DNA from: a bacterium
Lineage (GTDB): Bacteria; Zhuqueibacterota; Zhuqueibacteria; Oceanimicrobiales; Oceanimicrobiaceae
Direction of reading: 5' to 3'
Assembly (NCBI GenBank): GCA_046757525.1
Contig: JBHHYI010000148.1
Span: 1-10,345 of the forward strand
Length of the DNA: 10,345 nucleotides
The first letter of the stretch is position 1; every line of letters begins with the position of its first letter. The position numbers were made by a program, and so were the translations under genes. Positions 7,352 to 10,345 of the stretch are shown here, one piece after another. The notes under the pieces were generated by a model that saw only the letters and a list, made by a program, of their open reading frames with translations, had not been told where the DNA came from and did no database searches.

Positions 7352-8398
7352 TCAATACCCTTCGCCTTCGGCAGGCGTTTTGGTCTTGCCCCGAAACGAA
7401 TAGAAGAGATAAGTGAAGTAGCCCCCCGCAAGTACTATTCCGATGCTCCACCAGATGACTCCAACCCTGAGTCCGTAGGCATTCGCGGCTGAATTGTGGG
7501 TAGTCAGGCTGAAGTCGGGGTTTGTTGAAGCCGGCAACAGCTTAGGGAATAGGCCAAAGGCCGTACTGGCACCCATGCCGAAAATGAAGCTGCAAGATGA
7601 GAGAAAAGCTCCCAAATCGTCATTCCGAATGGGGAAGATGACCATCCCAATCAAGCCCGCCAGCCCCGCTAACGGGAAAACAAACCCCCACGGCTGCTCA
7701 AAATAGTTGTCCCAGATTCCCGGATGAATCGACGCGGTAGCGATCAGGGCGAGAACAGAGGATAGCAGTACCAGCCAGGTGGCAACACGGGCAAACGCTC
7801 TGGCGCGCAATCGCAATGAGTCTTCAGTTTTCATGGCGATGAAATTTGCTCCGTGGACCGCAAGAGTGAACATCGCCACCAATCCCATGAGCACGGTAAA
7901 CCAATCGAGAATGCCGGCCTGAGGCACCACGGTGAATGTGGTCCAGAGCGGCTCAAAAAAGTAGCCTTCCGCATCCAGCGGCACGCCCCGCACCACGTTG
8001 CCCAGCGCAGCGCCGAAGAAAATCGCTAACAGCAAGCTGGCCGCCGAGAAGACCACATCCCAGAAAGATCTCCACATGGGGTTTTGGATGTGGCTACGAA
8101 ATTCGATGCCGATGCCACGCAGCATCAAAAGCCACATCACCATCATCAGCGGCAGATAAAAACCGCTGAAACTGGAAGCATAGAGTTTGGGGAAGGCGAA
8201 ATAAAGCACACCGGTCGCAGCGATCAGCCAGACTTCGTTGCCGTCCCATACCGGCCCAATGACGTTGAGGAGCGTTCGGCGTTCCCGGTCGTCTTTGCCA
8301 ACCCACAGGTGGAGCATGCCCGCTCCCAGATCGAATCCATCCAGAATGACGTACATGATCAACATGAATGTCAAAGCGATAAACCAAAAGGTCTCCAT
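7352..8398 (-). CDS. cydB: Cytochrome bd quinol oxidase subunit II
   Basis: 348 aa with motifs YVILDGFDLGAG, IGPVWDGNEVWLI, FAFPKLYA and LRGIGIEFR. Multiple TM helices; SD AAAGGAG upstream; downstream of cydA. Confidence 0.97.
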   Translation of the reverse strand: METFWFIALTFMLIMYVILDGFDLGAGMLHLWVGKDDRERRTLLNVIGPVWDGNEVWLIAATGVLYFAFPKLYASSFSGFYLPLMMVMWLLMLRGIGIEFRSHIQNPMWRSFWDVVFSAASLLLAIFFGAALGNVVRGVPLDAEGYFFEPLWTTFTVVPQAGILDWFTVLMGLVAMFTLAVHGANFIAMKTEDSLRLRARAFARVATWLVLLSSVLALIATASIHPGIWDNYFEQPWGFVFPLAGLAGLIGMVIFPIRNDDLGAFLSSCSFIFGMGASTAFGLFPKLLPASTNPDFSLTTHNSAANAYGLRVGVIWWSIGIVLAGGYFTYLFYSFRGKTKTPAEGEGY

Positions 8399-8475
8399 CT
8401 TGTCTCCTTTGTTTACGAATACCCTCTTTTTATTTCAGAGCAAATAGTCCCGGTTCAGTTTCCTGTCTACCATTC

Positions 8476-9798
8476 TCATGCCACAGCAGGGCCGTGGTCG
8501 ACTTCTTTCAAGACCAGGAACAAGAACAGAAGTCCCAGCACCGTGTACATGCCCATGAAACCCAACAAGGTAAACAGAGCGTTTCCGGTTGAAAGCGTCG
8601 GTGAAATCCCATTGGCTGTACGCAATACACCGTACACCAGCCACGGCTGTCGTCCCAGCTCAGCGGTCATCCAACCCGTGGTATTGGCGATGTAGGGGAA
8701 GGGGAAGCTGAGCATTAGAATCCACAACAGCCAGCGGGATGAGAACAGTTTGCGTTGCCAGAGCAACATAGCCGCCAGAGCTGTGATCGCGATGAACAGC
8801 GTCCCAAGACCCACCATGATGTGATAGCCAAAATAGAGTAGGGGAATGTTGTCCGGCCAGTCCTGTCTGGGGAAGGCATCCAGACCCTTGACTTGCGCTT
8901 TCCATCGATAGTAGGTGAGAAAGCTGAGCAGTTTCGGAATATGGATGGGATTGTCGATTTTCAGTTTGGCCATGTCCGGCTGACCAATCAAGATCAGTTC
9001 TGCGCCTTCTTTGGTTTCAAACAGACCCTCCATGGCTGCCAGGGTCACCGGTTGGTGTTTGGCGACATTCTTGCCCTGTCCATCTCCGGTTGGAAAAGCC
9101 ACCAAGACCGAGGCGATCAGACCGGCAACCACGCCCAGGCGTAGAAATATCTTGCCGTATTCATTGTTGCGATTTGACAGCACGTAGAAGGCCCCAACCG
9201 CGGACATGACGAAGGCCGCTGTTACTACCGAGCCCAGCATGTTGTGTGCGTACTGCCAGCTCGCCCACGGGTTAAGCAGCAATTTCCAAAAACTCGTCAG
9301 TTGAACGGAGCCGTTGGCGGCAACTTCGTAGGCGACTGGGTGCTGCATCCAGGCATTGGTTGCGATGATCAAATAGCCGGAAGTCCACGAACCGAGGAAA
9401 ACCAGGAAGGCGGCGACGAAATGGCCCACCCGTCCCAGCTTCTTTTCACCAAACAGGAACAGTCCCAGGAAGCTGGATTCGAGAAAGAATGCAAAGACGC
9501 CTTCCATGGCCAAGGTCTGACCGATGACGCCGCCCGCAAACGCCGAGAACTTGGCCCAGTTGGTACCAAACTGAAATTCCATGGGAATACCTGTAACCAC
9601 GCCCACAGCAAAGTTGATCGCAAAAATCTTGGCCCAGAAGCGCGCACCGTGGTTGTATCTTGCGTCCTTTTTCCACAAGAACAGGCCTTTCATAATTACG
9701 ATGAGTAGTGCCAGCCCCATGGTCAATTGCGGAAACAGGTAATGGAACATCACGGTAAAGGCGAAATGAAATCTATTGATGATCAAAGCGTTTTCCAT
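8476..9798 (-). CDS. cydA: Cytochrome bd quinol oxidase subunit I, short Q-loop type (440 aa)
   Basis: Motifs FHYLFPQLTMG (His at position 19 from ATG 9798, matching E. coli His19), GIPMEFQFGTNW, NAWMQHP, AHNMLG, HIMVGLG and GWMTAELGRQPW. SD GGGAG just upstream of 9798, so this start is preferred over track start 9903. Confidence 0.97.
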   Translation of the reverse strand: MENALIINRFHFAFTVMFHYLFPQLTMGLALLIVIMKGLFLWKKDARYNHGARFWAKIFAINFAVGVVTGIPMEFQFGTNWAKFSAFAGGVIGQTLAMEGVFAFFLESSFLGLFLFGEKKLGRVGHFVAAFLVFLGSWTSGYLIIATNAWMQHPVAYEVAANGSVQLTSFWKLLLNPWASWQYAHNMLGSVVTAAFVMSAVGAFYVLSNRNNEYGKIFLRLGVVAGLIASVLVAFPTGDGQGKNVAKHQPVTLAAMEGLFETKEGAELILIGQPDMAKLKIDNPIHIPKLLSFLTYYRWKAQVKGLDAFPRQDWPDNIPLLYFGYHIMVGLGTLFIAITALAAMLLWQRKLFSSRWLLWILMLSFPFPYIANTTGWMTAELGRQPWLVYGVLRTANGISPTLSTGNALFTLLGFMGMYTVLGLLFLFLVLKEVDHGPAVA

Positions 9799-9910
9799 TG
9801 AAGGGCTCCCTTCGTTTTGGTGGGTCGTGTCATTGCCAATTCGGCATTTCCAGATGAAGCAATTCCCTGGCACTGGAGCCGGAGATTGCTTCACTCGGAT
9901 CACTAAAAAG

Positions 9911-9939
9911 TTAGATGTTGCAAAACCACAAAAGGTTCA
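9911..9939 (-). promoter_or_regulatory. Putative ECF-sigma promoter upstream of cydAB
   Basis: Minus strand TGAACCT-N17-TCTAA (GAACCT 9938-9933; TCTAA 9915-9911), similar to the RpoE-type consensus GAACTT-N16/17-TCTRA. Lies just downstream of the terminator and about 110 nt before cydA. Confidence 0.55.
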
Positions 9940-9953
9940 AAAAAAGTAGCGTA

Positions 9954-9996
9954 AGACAAAACGGCCAGGAACAGACTTCTCCTGGCCGTTGTTTTT
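9954..9996. terminator. Intrinsic terminator downstream of the S46 peptidase gene (possibly bidirectional)
   Basis: Perfect 11-bp stem AACGGCCAGGA (9960-9970) / TCCTGGCCGTT (9980-9990) with a 9-nt loop. T-rich tails on both strands (TTTTGTCTT minus; TTGTTTTT plus). Confidence 0.8.
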
Positions 9997-10139
9997 CAAG
10001 GAGATTAACCGAAAAGTGGCAACGGCAAGCTTGTACCCTCAGTGGTATTCGACCAAGGTCCCGGCGGAGTGCAGGGCCTTAGCGATCCGAGGCCCTTCTC
10101 GGTCACGCGTCGAGAGAAGCAAAACGAGGTCGCGGTGAC

Positions 10140-10345
10140 TCAGTTGGTGCCCCTCTCCAAGATTTCATCCGCCAGGGTGCCCGCGTCGTAAAGCTTGCGC
10201 AGCGCCTCGATGATGTAGGCGCTGTGAACGGCAACCGCCCGGCTTTTGGTGTCGTCGTAGATGAAACGGCTGGACAGGCTTTCGATATTGCCGTCGAAGA
10301 TCAGGCCCACGATCTCGGCATTTTTGTTGATCACCGGGGAACCGG
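10140..10345 (-). CDS. S46 family dipeptidyl peptidase, C-terminal part (N-terminus beyond the right edge)
   Basis: Frame continues to the window edge: (S)[23 protein letters not shown]...[27 protein letters not shown]. Matches the S46 catalytic-Ser region GGNSGSPV and the FDGN motif. Gly in FDGN is DPP7-like, rather than the Arg of DPP11. Confidence 0.88.
   Translation of the reverse strand, partial: GSPVINKNAEIVGLIFDGNIESLSSRFIYDDTKSRAVAVHSAYIIEALRKLYDAGTLADEILERGTN

Noticed and set aside
8435..8473. Tiny ORF MVDRKLNRDYLL between cydA and cydB as a possible CydX/CydS
   Set aside because: Only 12 aa, hydrophilic, no transmembrane helix.
9799..9903. 35-aa N-terminal extension of CydA in the ORF track
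   Set aside because: The ATG at 9798 has an SD and puts the heme ligand at His19; the extension spans the predicted 5' UTR.
10050..10080. Loose resemblance to the SRP RNA core (CAGGTCCGGAAGGAAGCAGC)
   Set aside because: The GNRA tetraloop and conserved internal-loop bases are missing, and there is no long enclosing helix.
1..10345. CRISPR arrays, tRNA/rRNA genes, transposases or integrases
   Set aside because: No regularly spaced repeats, cloverleaf motifs or recombinase-like ORFs were seen.

Overview
Bacterial chromosomal window (lineage not determinable from sequence alone). Left to right: a minus-strand tripartite RND efflux operon (TolC-family OMF 5426-4095, lipoprotein MFP 4010-2916, AcrB-family permease 2919 running off the left edge; the permease is absent from the ORF track). 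Next is an AT-rich, translationally coupled minus-strand gene pair: a 72-aa DUF5678-like protein and a single-domain retropepsin-like aspartyl protease, with its own sigma70-like promoter overlapped by a palindrome. Then come a divergent plus-strand ECF sigma factor with a small soluble Cys-rich anti-sigma, a convergent minus-strand cydAB cytochrome bd oxidase operon preceded by an ECF-like promoter and structured leader, an intrinsic terminator, and the C-terminus of an S46 dipeptidyl peptidase. The best candidate for an undescribed system is the toxin-antitoxin-like small protein/aspartyl protease cassette. Second is a putative thiol/redox-sensing ECF circuit, with an atypical His-to-Tyr zinc motif, controlling cytochrome bd and possibly the RND pump.
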